Position numbers and translations under genes: made by a program. Shown one piece after another: positions 1 through 11,243 of a stretch of DNA of 64,000 nucleotides. Under the pieces are notes generated by a model that worked only from the letters and a program-made list of their open reading frames with translations, made no database searches and was not told the origin of the DNA. Origin of the DNA: Macrostomum lignano (lineage: Eukaryota); contig NIVC01000010.1 of the NCBI GenBank assembly GCA_002269645.1, forward strand, positions 682,001 to 746,000, written 5' to 3'. Each line of letters opens with the position of its first letter. Within the stretch, counting starts at the first letter, position 1.

Positions 1-3000
1 AAACATGTTGTTTCTGGGTGTAAACTTTCATATACATGTTGACATGTAGATACATGTAAGTTAAGTCACTCGCAAAGATTGAGAGACTTTACCTGAACTC
101 TCAAAAGTGGCGAACACAGATGGAATTGGAATTTTTGTAGACCGTGTCTACTGCGGAAGAAAGATAGAGGCTCCAAAAGAGCGCGTTGCTTCTATATTCT
201 ATATTTAGCCAACAACAAAGACCCTCGAGGGTCTCAGATCATACATGTACGCAAAGAAAAAGGGGCAAAGGGAAAGGAAGGAACGAACAAGCAAGCACAG
301 GGTGACGCATCGAGACAAAGAACATTCCTACCCCACTTTCCCTCAACCCCTCTCACACAACACAACTACACTGTACGTCATCAGAGGAATCTTCTGTGAT
401 GGCGACTTTTCGATGTTGCTTAGTATATATGTAAATGTCACACGTTCATACTAAATTTTTAGTAGTATCATCACGAAAACAGTGAATGACTACTCCATTG
501 TGCCAAAAAAAACGGATTCTCACAACATCTAATTTTATTACTTCCAGAGTATTGGTGATGAGGACGCACTTTTTCAAACTTCACGCTCACACATGGGCTC
601 CAAACTTACTAGCCTACTGACAGCAGGCTATGGGCATTTTTTCTTCTCTTTATGCAATTTTCCTAGAATTCATACTAGCTAGTTATATGATTTTGCCATA
701 CTTGTAGTTATAATAACATAGGTGCGGCTTTTGGGTCATAAATCATTGCTTTCGAGCCGGTCTGACAGCCACCTGCGCCTCACTCAATGCTGAGACTGGC
801 GCCAGATGGTCTGAGGGGATGCGAATGATAGCTTTTTTCTCATCATTTTGACAGGCCATCAAGATTTATGAGGTCAGGGCCTATTGTTTGTGTTTACTCA
901 AGCGTGTGACAGCTTTGACAGCTATGCGGTTTACCCCTAAAAGTACCTTGGGATTAGCGATTAGCGATTTCTCTTCATTATTTTCACTTTCTACTTAATA
1001 AGAGCTTTCTAATGTATATTTTTTCATTAATTTTTGTCATTCCTACGCGAAAGGTCATAAAACATTATGTAGCGATTTTGAGTGATTTATGACCGCACCT
1101 GTCGTATTTTTATGGCCCCAAGGGAACTGATAGGATCTGCTGGTCACGTAAGTTTGGGTGGCAACAAGCTCAGCCAATCAGAAAATTCGACCGCGTTATA
1201 GCAAATCGGCTCAGCCAATCAGCGTCGAGGTGTTTTATTATAACAAATTGCGGTCCAGTTGGCGGCTATTTAAACCGGTGTTTTTGGCCCGCTCGGACTC
1301 AACCTCCTGCTCCGCCTCCTGGGACTTTGGCCTAACTTAGACCTCCCGTAGCTCGACCGTCGTCTCTTGATCGCGACTTCCCCCACCATCATCAAGGACG
1401 AATCCCCCCGGTCGTCAGCAGCGAACATCAAGATTAAGAACATCACCTGCTGCTAGCTATCTGCGAAGATTGTGACATCAGCATCATCCCAGGTCTACAG
1501 CTGCGAAGCACTAAGCCGATTTGGTCACTGTGGATTACCTGGTCCCCGGCTGTTGAGTTTCTGATTGGTTGGGTGAGAGGCTACCTAGACTTGCTTGATT
1601 GGGTGATCCCTTATCTGTCTCCTATTTCTGTACCTGGATTAGGCGCACACTTTTGCTCATTTTGTTCAGTAGTGCTGTTGCTGAGGCAGAAGTCATTCAA
1701 TAATACTGCTAGTAGTCTAAAACACCAATTCAATCTGAAGTGTGAAGTGATCTGAGGAGAAGGTTAAATCTGACAGTTATTTTTATCGGTTTTATTTCTT
1801 TGTTTGCCGATGGCTCAGATGAATAGCTAAGCTAGTAGGCGCCGGTTACAGTGGACCAATGGCAAAGCAGTCCTCAGTCGATCAATCTATCAAATCAGTT
1901 AGCAAAATTGCCAATAGTGCAAAATCGGCGCCAGAGATGTACTTTGTGCACTCTAGGGTAGCCAAGCGGCTCGGGTGCTGAATCATGCGGTCTCTGATGT
2001 TCGAGTTAGCCTATCATCAGCGCTACGAGAGGCTGGTTGGTGCGTTGAAGGCCAAAAGTACAATTCCTCGTATTTAGCAATGTAATAGTACATGTAGCTA
2101 CCCCATAGACTCGCCACTGCAAGAATCCCCTGCACAAGTCCCCTCTGTACCTGCATGCCCAATGCGATCTAGTCCCAGCAGTGTCCCTTAACATCGGCTA
2201 TGACTTCGAGATTGACAGCAAAAAGACACTAGTTGGCAGGTAAGTGCTAAGCCCCCTCTAGTCGGAAGCCCGATTTCGAAAGTTCCGGTTTGGTGAGCCA
2301 GGACGCACGGGCTGGTGGCAGCGAGTTAGTTGATCTGCGGATTAGCTGATCTCTACCTTCAAAATTCTCCCTGCTTGTCTCTCGCTGTCCCTCTCTTAGC
2401 TATAGGACCTAGACTGCTCGCCACACGATCAAGCTACTGTGGGGCTGACTATCTGACAGGGTGGCCAGGACTCTAATTGATTTATTTCTGAGACCTGAGG
2501 CCCGAAGGCTTCCCGAATGGGGCCGAAAAGGCCGAAACCCGTCATTAGTAAAAATGCTTAACTGAAAATTACCCAAGGTGCCACCCTTTCTATTCAGTGA
2601 TTCAGTGTGCTAAAGCGAACTCTTATTGTTAAACAGGCCAACAAATGTTTTTCCTGTCACAACAGGTCTAGCTTTTTCCTTTATTGGTACTGTATTTCGA
2701 TAGTCAGGATGCCAAAAGTCGTACAGACCGCGGCAGACTTAAATTGAGGAATGAAGTGAGGGGAGCGGTGTGCGAGGGTTGGACGGATTAAAGCTACCCT
2801 GATCAGTTTTCTCGTATCTTTTAGTTCTGAACAGTCCAAGAGGAATATTGCTCACTGGCGCATAGAGTGGCGACTGTTCAATGTTGCCGAGTATATGATA
2901 GAAAATACTCGTAATAAAATGGTTAATGACCTTGAGTGGTCAATTTTATCTCCCCAAGGCTTTCGTCTTGTGGGTGATGCTGATGCTTAAGCTGGAAAGC

Positions 3001-3409
3001 AGGGAGTGGAGAGTTGTGGCAAGAGTTGGGCCACATGCTGCTGAGTGTACACAATTCTCTGTACCCTATTACGCACTTACTGTAGTGTTTAAGCTCGCTT
3101 CAGTTTTTTCACATTATCGATTTCTGTTTTGAATTCGTAATTTGCTAATAGCTATATACTGTAGCTTCTTGACAATGACTTCTGCCAATTGCTCAAATAT
3201 CTGGAAATCCTGCCCCCCTCTCACCGAGACCAAGAAAAATTGAATTCATACAGAAAGCCAGCATAACTACATGTAACTACATGCTTATGCAGTATATATA
3301 GCTCGTATATTTAAAGTATGCAAACTGACTCTCAACATCGTGAATCGTTAGATCTACTAATAAGTATTTGCATTTCCTCTGAGTTTTATTAAAGCCACCG
3401 TAAGCCATA

Positions 3410-6400
3410 ATGGCAAATTTATTTCGTTTCATAGACATAGGTAAGTAAAAAATCACATGTTTTAGTACATACTATAGCCTATGGTTAACGTTTAGATTCA
3501 TGTTTCAATATAGAGGAGTTCTTATTTGCCAGGGCCTAATTGCAAGTACAGTCACATGCAAGGACGAATGTAGGAAGACTGTTAGGAAGAAAAAAGTAAG
3601 AATCTACGAATGAATTTCAGGAAAGCATCTGACTGTAGGAATGACTGTCAGGGACGCATCTTACTGTAGGAATGACTGTCAGGGACGCATCTGACACTGT
3701 AGGAATGACTGTCAGGGACGCATCTGACTGTAGGAATGACTGTCAGGGACGCATCTGACACTGTAGGAATGACTGTCAGGGACGCATCTGACTGTAGTAA
3801 TGACTGTCAGGGACGCATCTGACACTGTAGGAATGACTGTCAGGGACGCATCTGACTGTAGGAATGACTGTCAGGGACGCATCTGACTGTAGGAATGACT
3901 GTCAGGGACGCATCTGACACTGCAGGAATGACTGTCAGGGATGCATCTGACTGTAGTAATGACTGTCAGGGACGCATCTTACTGTAGGAATGACTGTCAG
4001 GGACGCATCTTACACTGCAGGAATGACTGTCAGGGACGCATCTGACTGTAGGAATGACTGTCAGGGTCGCATCTGACTGTAGGAATGACTGTCAGGGACG
4101 CATCTGACTGTAGGAATGACTGTCAGGGTCGCATCTGACTGTAGGAATGACTGTCAGGGTCGCATCGGACTGTAGGAATGACTGTCAGGGACGCATCTGA
4201 CTGTAGGAATGACTGTCAGGGTCGCATCTGACTGTAGGAATGACTGTCAGGGATGCATCTGACTGTAGGAATGACTGTCAGGGACGCATCTGACTGTAGG
4301 AATGACTGTCAGGGTCGCATCTGACTGTAGTAATGACTGTCAGGGACGCATCTTACACTGTAGGAATGACTGTCAGGGACGCATCTTACACTGTAGGAAT
4401 GACTGTCAGGGACGCATCTGACTGTAGGAATGACTGTCAGGGTCGCATCTGACTGTAGGAATGACTGTCAGGGACGCATCTGACTGTAGGAATGACTGTC
4501 AGGGACGCATCTGACTGTAGGAATGACTGTCAGGGTCGCATCTGACTGTAGTAATGACTGTCAGGGATGCATCTGACTGTAGGAATGACTGTCAGGGACG
4601 CATCTGACTGTAGGAATGACTGTCAGGGTCGCATCTGACACTGTAGGAATGACTGTCAGGGATGCATCTGACTGTAGGAATGACTGTCAGGGACGCATCT
4701 GACTGTAGGAATGACTGTCAGGGTCGCATCCGACTGTAGGAATGACTGTCAGGGTCGCATCTGACTGTAGGAATGACTGTCAGGGACGCATCTGACACTG
4801 TAGTAATGACTGTCAGGGATGCATCTGACTGTAGGAATGACTGTCAGGGACGCATCTGACTGTAGGAATGACTGTCAGGGTCGCATCTGACTGTAGGAAT
4901 GACTGTCAGGGACGCATCTGACTGTAGGAATGACTGTCAGGGACGCATCTGACACTGTAGGAATGACTGTCAGGGACGCATCTGACTGTAGTAATGACTG
5001 TCAGGGACGCATCTGACTGTAGGAATGACTGTCAGGGACGCATCTGACTGTAGGAATGACTGTCAGGGACGCATCTGACTGTAGGAATGACTGTCAGGGA
5101 CGCATCTTACTGTAGGAATGACTGTCAGGGTCGCATCTGACTGTAGGAATGACTGTCAGGGACGCATCTGACTGTAGTAATGACTGTCAGGGATGCATCT
5201 GACTGTAGTAATGACTGTCAGGGTCGCATCTGACTGTAGGAATGACTGTCAGGGACGCATCTGACTGTAGGAATGACTGTCAGGGAAGCATCTAAGATGA
5301 CAGTCTATTATTCTTCGATTTATGGCAGACTCATCGAGCAACCGTCTACTAAGAGTAAATAAGGAATAGAATTTAACTCTTTTTTGTCTCAATATTTAAA
5401 AAATTTTAAATTAAAAAAAATTCCTGTATTTCCTACAGTTGCTCCCTTCCATAGTAAGAAGCGCTGCAAAGTTGCGCTGCTAAGTGCTATTCTGGTCCTG
5501 CTGTCGTTGGCACTGTTGCGCCAGCTGGTCCCGAGCAATCGGCGATTCGGCTACGCTCAAGAGGTGCATCACGAATCCTTGGTTCACTCGCCTGAAGACG
5601 CTGATGTTGCCACGGAAACGAGGCGAGTACCGATCAGCCGTCAGGTGCACCAGAGCTGGAAGACCAGGCGGCTGCCTTCGGCGAGAGCGTCGCGTTGGTC
5701 AGAAAGCTGGCGCCGGTGCTTCCCAGACTGGCGCTACCGGCTGTGGACTGACGCTGACAACCTGCGGCTGGTGCGCAGGCACTATCCCTGGCTACTGGAC
5801 ACCTACCTGGGACTCAGGAGGCCTGTGGAGAGAGCCGACTTAGCCAGGTAGTTCAATTGATCAATGACTGATGAGGCTAGGATGCGATGTAGGTGTGCTG
5901 TTACTTGTTAGATTGTGTTGGTCACCTGTCAGATTGTGTTGTCAAATATTAGATTTTCGGTGGGGAGTTGCAAAAGGAAGATTCTCATGGAGGGTGAAGG
6001 GGCGATTCTCATGGAGGGTGAAGGGGCGATTCTCATGGAGGGTGAGGGGCGATTCTCATGGAGGGTGAGGGGGCGATTCTCATGGAGGGTGAGGGGGCGA
6101 TTCTCATGGAGGGTGAAGGGGCGATTCTCATGGAGGGTGAAGGGGCGATTCTCATGGAGGGTGAGGGGCGATTCTCATGGAGGGTGAGGGGGCGATTCTC
6201 ATGGAGGGTGAGGGGCGATTCTCATGGAGGGTGAGGGGCGATTCTCATGGAGGGTGAGGGGCGATTCTCATGGAGGGTGAGGGGCGATTCTCATGGAGGG
6301 TGAGGGGGCGATTCTCATGGAGGGTGAGGGGTGATTCTCATGGAGGGTGAGGGGCGATTCTCATGGAGGGTGAGGGGCGATTCTCATGGAGGGTGAGGGT

Positions 6401-7175
6401 GCGATTCTCATGGAGGGTGAAGGGGCGATTCTCATGGAGGGTGAGGGGACGATTCTCATGGAGGGTGAGGGGGGCGATTCTCATGGAAAATGAGGGCGAT
6501 TCTCATGGAGGGTGAGGGGGGCGATTCTCATGGAAGGTGAGGGCGATTGTTCTACATTTTAATGCATGTACATGTAACTCCATGGCTACTCATCGCTCTT
6601 CCAGATACCTGTACCTGCACAGACACGGCGGCATCTACGCAGACTTGGACAGCCTGTGCCTAAAGAATTTCACCGAGTTATTTAACACGGCCTCCATAGT
6701 GCTGGCGGGCATGGACTATGCACAGAACCGACCTTGGGAAACTGTGCAAGGCATCTACGTGCAGAACTCGCTGATGGCATCGCGGCCCGGGCACCCGTTC
6801 TGGCTCCAGCTGGCCTGGCGAGCTGCTCAGGAGCTTAAGAAATTCTCCGCATTGCAAAAGTTGGATATGCGGAAATCCAGCCAGCTGAGGCCGGAGCACA
6901 TCACGGGGCCGCTCATGCTGCTTCAGGAGCTGAGGAGCCACATCCGGAAACACGACAGCGTGAAACGGAAGGATGGCGCAGTTTTAAGCGGCGACTTGCT
7001 GATTTTGCCAGGCCGCTATTTGAATCCCTTCAGTTGGTCGGTGAACCGCAACCCGGCCAACTGTCGCGATCTGGGAAATATGACGCTTCATCAGGAGAGG
7101 CTGTGCGCGGCCAGCTTCCCAGATGCCTACGCGGTGCAGTTTCACGCACAGAGCTGGCTTCATGGACACTTTTAA
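3410..7175 (+). CDS. Glycosyltransferase family 32 (alpha-1,4-glycosyltransferase / DXD sugar-binding) type II membrane protein; join(3410..3440,5439..5847,6605..7175), 336 aa
   Basis: ATG 3410 with exon ending ATAG|gtaagt (3441); acceptor tttcctacag (5438); donor CCAG|gtagtt (5848); acceptor ctcttccag (6604). Phases close (1011 nt). Spliced protein has an N-terminal hydrophobic anchor (VALLSAILVLLSLALL), VHQSWKT, WRYRLWTD, ADLARYLYLHRHGGIYADLD (DXD), NSLMASRPGHPFW, TGPLML, FHAQSW, all GT32 hallmarks. The start exon is the least certain part. Confidence 0.88.
3625..5293 (+). repeat. Minisatellite, 31-bp unit GACTGTAGGAATGACTGTCAGGGACGCATCT (33-bp variant with extra CA), ~53 copies, in GT32 intron 1
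   Basis: Direct reading; variants gga/gta, gac/gtc/gat, ctga/ctta. Confidence 0.97.
5980..6548 (+). repeat. Minisatellite, 23-24-bp unit GCGATTCTCATGGAGGGTGA(A/G)GG(G), ~24 copies, in GT32 intron 2
   Basis: Direct reading. Confidence 0.97.
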
Positions 7176-7261
7176 AGACGGAGATTGTTTCCCCAATGGG
7201 AATTCTTACTTTGAGGTCCCAGATTCAAGATTCGGGTTTCGGGTTTTCGGATACGTGATTT

Positions 7262-7898
7262 GGGAATCGGGAATCGGGACTCTGGAATCAGGACTCGGGA
7301 ATCGGGATTCGGGAACTGGGACTCGGGAATCGGGATTCGGGAATCGGGATCCGGGACTCGGGAATCGGAAATCGGGACTCTGGAATCGGGACTCAGGAAT
7401 CGGGAATCGGGACTCGGGAATCGAGAATCGGGATTCTGGAATCGGGAATCGGGAATCAGGAATCGGGAATCGGGACTCGGGAATCGGGAATCGGGACTCG
7501 GGAATCGGGACTGGGGAATCGGGAATCGGGACTCGGGAATCGGGAATCGGGAATCGGGAATCGGGACTCGGGAATCGGGAATCGGGAATCGGGATCCGGG
7601 AATCGGGAATCGGGACTCGGGAATCGGGAATCGGGAATCGGGAATCGGGAATCGGGACTCGGGAATCGGGAATCGGGATTCTGGAATCGGGAATCGGGAA
7701 TCGGGACTCGGGAATCGGGACTCGGGAATCGGGAATCGGGACTCGGGAATCGGGACTGGGGAATCGGGAATCGGGACTCGGGAATCGGGAATCGGGACTC
7801 GGGAATCGGGAATCGGGACTCGGGAATCGGGATACGAGACTCGGGATTCGGGATTCGGGATTCGGGATTCCGGATTCGGGATTCGGTATTCGGGATTC
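7262..7898 (+). repeat. G-rich 6-7-bp compound satellite (GGGAATC/GGGACTC/GGGATTC)n just downstream of the GT32 stop codon
   Basis: Direct reading; explains the spurious ESGIGNR and IPDSR ORFs on both strands. Confidence 0.96.
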
Positions 7899-8502
7899 AT
7901 GAATCTGGTTGGAAATTTGGGGTACTTTGAAATGATTTTTCCTCCCGAATATTTGATTGAATGAATGCTTAGTACACTTCAGATTATTTGCCAATAAATT
8001 CAAGCAACAATTTCCACTTATCAATAAATCATATCAATAAGCCATATCAATAGAAACTGTTGCATGCACTTTCAAATGACATTAATATGACACTCCTAAT
8101 TACACTGACTTAATCGATTTTATATAATATCGGCAAAAATACACAGGCCAACGCTTTGAAAAACAAGTATACTTTTGCTAGAAACAGACCAACAGGCGAG
8201 TCAAAAAGGACGTCAACTGTTAAAACTCAGTGGTTTATCGAATTCTGTTTGTTAATTGAAATTCTTGAGTTCAAACATGTTTCTATATGTTTATAAAACT
8301 TTTCGAAAGCAGCATTGCGCCACATTGGCATTAGATAAGAATTTTCCTCTGGATCAACGTAGCCGGTCGTTAAGAGAAGAGTCTCCTTATCAACTGATAA
8401 TATTTGTACCCCCCAAGGCTCTGATACAAAGTAAACTTCAAGACTTTCTCGGCTACCATGGAAAAAACATTTTGACAAGCCTAGCTAAGTCATTCTGAGA
8501 AG

Positions 8503-9518
8503 TCGAGCTCCTGCCCTGTACCGATTCGAGCTCATGCCCTGTGCTGATTCGAGCTCATGCCCTGTACCGATTCGAGCTTATGCCCTGTGCTGATTCGAGC
8601 TCATGCCCTGTGCTGATTCGAGCTTTTGTCCTGTACCGATTCGAGCTCATGCCCTGTGCTGATTCGAGCTTTTGTCCTGTACCGATTCGAGCTTATGCCC
8701 TGTACCGATTCGAGCTTATGCCCTGTACCGATTCGAGCTCATGCCCTGTGCTGATTCGAGCTCATGCCCTGTACCGATTCGAGCTTATGCCCTGTACCGA
8801 TTCGAGCTTATGCCCTGTACCGATTCGAGCTTATGCCCTGTACCGATTCGAGCTCATGCCCTGTGCTGATTCGAGCTCATGCCCTGTACCGATTCGAGCT
8901 TATGCCCTGTACCGATTCGAGCTTATGCCCTGTACCGATTCGATCTTATGCCCTGTACCGATTCGAGCTTATGCCCTGTACCGATTCGAGCTTATGCCCT
9001 GTACCGATTCGAGCTTATGCCCTGTACCGATTCGAGCTTATGCCCTGTACCGATTCGAGCTCCTGCCATGTACCGATTCGAGCTCCTGCCATGTACCGAT
9101 TCGAGCTTATGCCCTGTACCGATTCGAGCTTTTGTCCTGTACCGATTCGAGCTTATTCCCTGTACCGATTCGAGCTTATGCCCTGTACCGATTCGAGCTT
9201 ATGCCCTGTACCGATTCGAGCTTATGCCCTGTACCGATTCGAGCTTATGCCCTGTACCGATTCGAGCTTATGCCCTGTACCGATTCGAGCTCATGCCCTG
9301 TACCGATTCGAGCTTATGCCCTGTACCGATTCGAGCTTATGCCCTGTACCGATTCGAGCTTATGCCCTGTACCGATTCGAGCTCATGCCCTGTACCGATT
9401 CGAGCTCCTGCCATGTACCGATTCGAGCTCATGCCCTGTACCGATTCGAGCTCATGCCCTGTACCGATTCGAGCTCCTGCCCTGTACCGATTCGAGCTCA
9501 TGCCCTGTACCGATTCAA
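8503..9518 (+). repeat. Minisatellite, 23-bp unit CCCTGTACCGATTCGAGCTTATG, ~44 copies, intergenic
   Basis: Direct reading. Confidence 0.97.
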
Positions 9519-9913
9519 GCATATGACCGCGAGCGCCCACGTACCAGTTAATGAGATGCAAATTGCTTGTCAATGACTAGTCAATAAATATTCAATTAGC
9601 ACAAAATCAGGTAGTTACTTTGCCGCTTTCAGACACCGGCCTCATCAAATTAATTTATAAGCTAAGCGTGCATTTCTAAGGCACGTTGTTTGAAAACTCT
9701 ATCAAGAATTTTAGTTTATTGACAAATTCTCTTTTCTTATTGACGTTTATTGACGTTCTTATTACTGTACAGCACGTGATTTCTGCTTCTGCCCCCCTGC
9801 CTCAATCTTTTATAACTCGTCTCCGCCTTTGGTTTCGCGTCGTGTGCCCCCCACCTCGCTCTGTGTCGCTCGCTCTCACTCTTGTGCCTCTTGCACTGCT
9901 AGCTCAACAGGTC

Positions 9914-10010
9914 TATAAGAAAGGCTCAATATTTGCAATCTTCAGTAGCGAAGTGAATATTATTACCACCTATTTGTGCGGTGAAAGGATTGGAATTAAA
10001 ACTTATTTGG
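9914..10010 (+). promoter_or_regulatory. Probable TATA-like box and non-coding first exon of the carbonic anhydrase gene
   Basis: TATAAGA at 9914; strong donor TGG|gtaagt at 10011; matching acceptor ttatttgcag at 11240, 3 nt before the CA ATG. Confidence 0.5.
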
Positions 10011-10173
10011 GTAAGTCAGTTGTTATATATTGACTGCATCTGATACTCTTGTCAAGTTGATAATATAATGTTTGTTACATGAAGCTTATTAACTTGTCGA
10101 CTTGACTTTGACAGCACATGAAATGATTTAATTTTAGACGGTTTGTCGTGGTTCACGGTAACTACTGCTGCTA

Positions 10174-11177
10174 TTAATGAAGTTGTTGTCTGTGGTGACT
10201 GTTGTTAATGAAGTTGTTGTCTGTGGTGACTGTTGTTAATGAAGTTGTTGTCTGTGGTGACTGTTGTTAATGAAGTTGTTGTCTGTGGTGACTGTTGTTA
10301 ATGAAGTTATTGTCTGTGGTGACTGTTGTTATTGAAGTTGTTGTCTGTGGTGACTGTTGTTAATGAAGTTATTGTCTGTGGTGACTGTTGTTAATGAAGT
10401 TGTTGTCTGTGGTGACTGTTGTTAATGAAGTTATTGTCTGTGGTGACTGTTGTTAATGAAGTTATTGTCTGTGGTGACTGTTGTTAATGAAGTTATTGTC
10501 TGTGGTGACTGTTGTTAATGAAGTTGTTGTCTGTGGTGACTGTTGTTAATGAAGTTGTTGTCTGTGGTAACTGTTGTTAATGAAGTTGTTGTCTGTGGTG
10601 ACTGTTGTTAATGAAGTTATTGTCTGTGGTGACTGTTGTTAATGAAGTTGTTGTCTGTGGTGACTGTTGTTAATGAAGTTGTTGTCTGTGGTGACTGTTG
10701 TTAATGAAGTTATTGTCTGTGGTGACTGTTGTTAATGAAGTTGTTGTCTGTGGTGACTGTTGTTAATGAAGTTGTTGTCTGTGGTGACTGTTGTTAATGA
10801 AGTTATTGTCTGTGGTGACTGTTGTTAATGAAGTTATTGTCTGTGGTGACTGTTGTTAATGAAGTTATTGTCTGTGGTGACTGTTGTTAATGAAGTTATT
10901 GTCTGTGGTGACTGTTGTTAATGAAGTTATTGTCTGTGGTGACTGTTGTTAATGAAGTTGTTGTCTGTGGTGACTGTTGTTAATGAAGTTGTTGTCTGTG
11001 GTGACTGTTTTTTATGAAGTTGTTGTCTGTGGTGACTGTTTTTAATGAAGTTGTTGTCTGTGGTGACTGTTGTTAATGAAGTTGTTGTCTGTGGTGACTG
11101 TTGTTAATGAAGTTATTGTCTGTGGTGACTGTTGTTAATGAAGTTGTTGTCTGTGGTGACTGTTGTTGTTAATGAAG
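10174..11177 (+). repeat. Minisatellite, 31-bp unit GTTGTTAATGAAGTT(G/A)TTGTCTGTGGTGACT, ~32 copies, in the CA 5'UTR intron
   Basis: Direct reading. Confidence 0.97.
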
Positions 11178-11243
11178 TCACTTGTGGTTTTTCTGTTGAT
11201 TTATAATATTCATCCAGTAGTCTGTCTCACTTATTTGCAGACA

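Noticed and set aside
7123-9576. Long repetitive ORFs (ESGIGNR, IPDSR, MPCTDSS), and likewise 41959-43259, 55110-55637 and 57830-58166
   Set aside because: They are open in several frames and on both strands because the tandem units lack stop codons.
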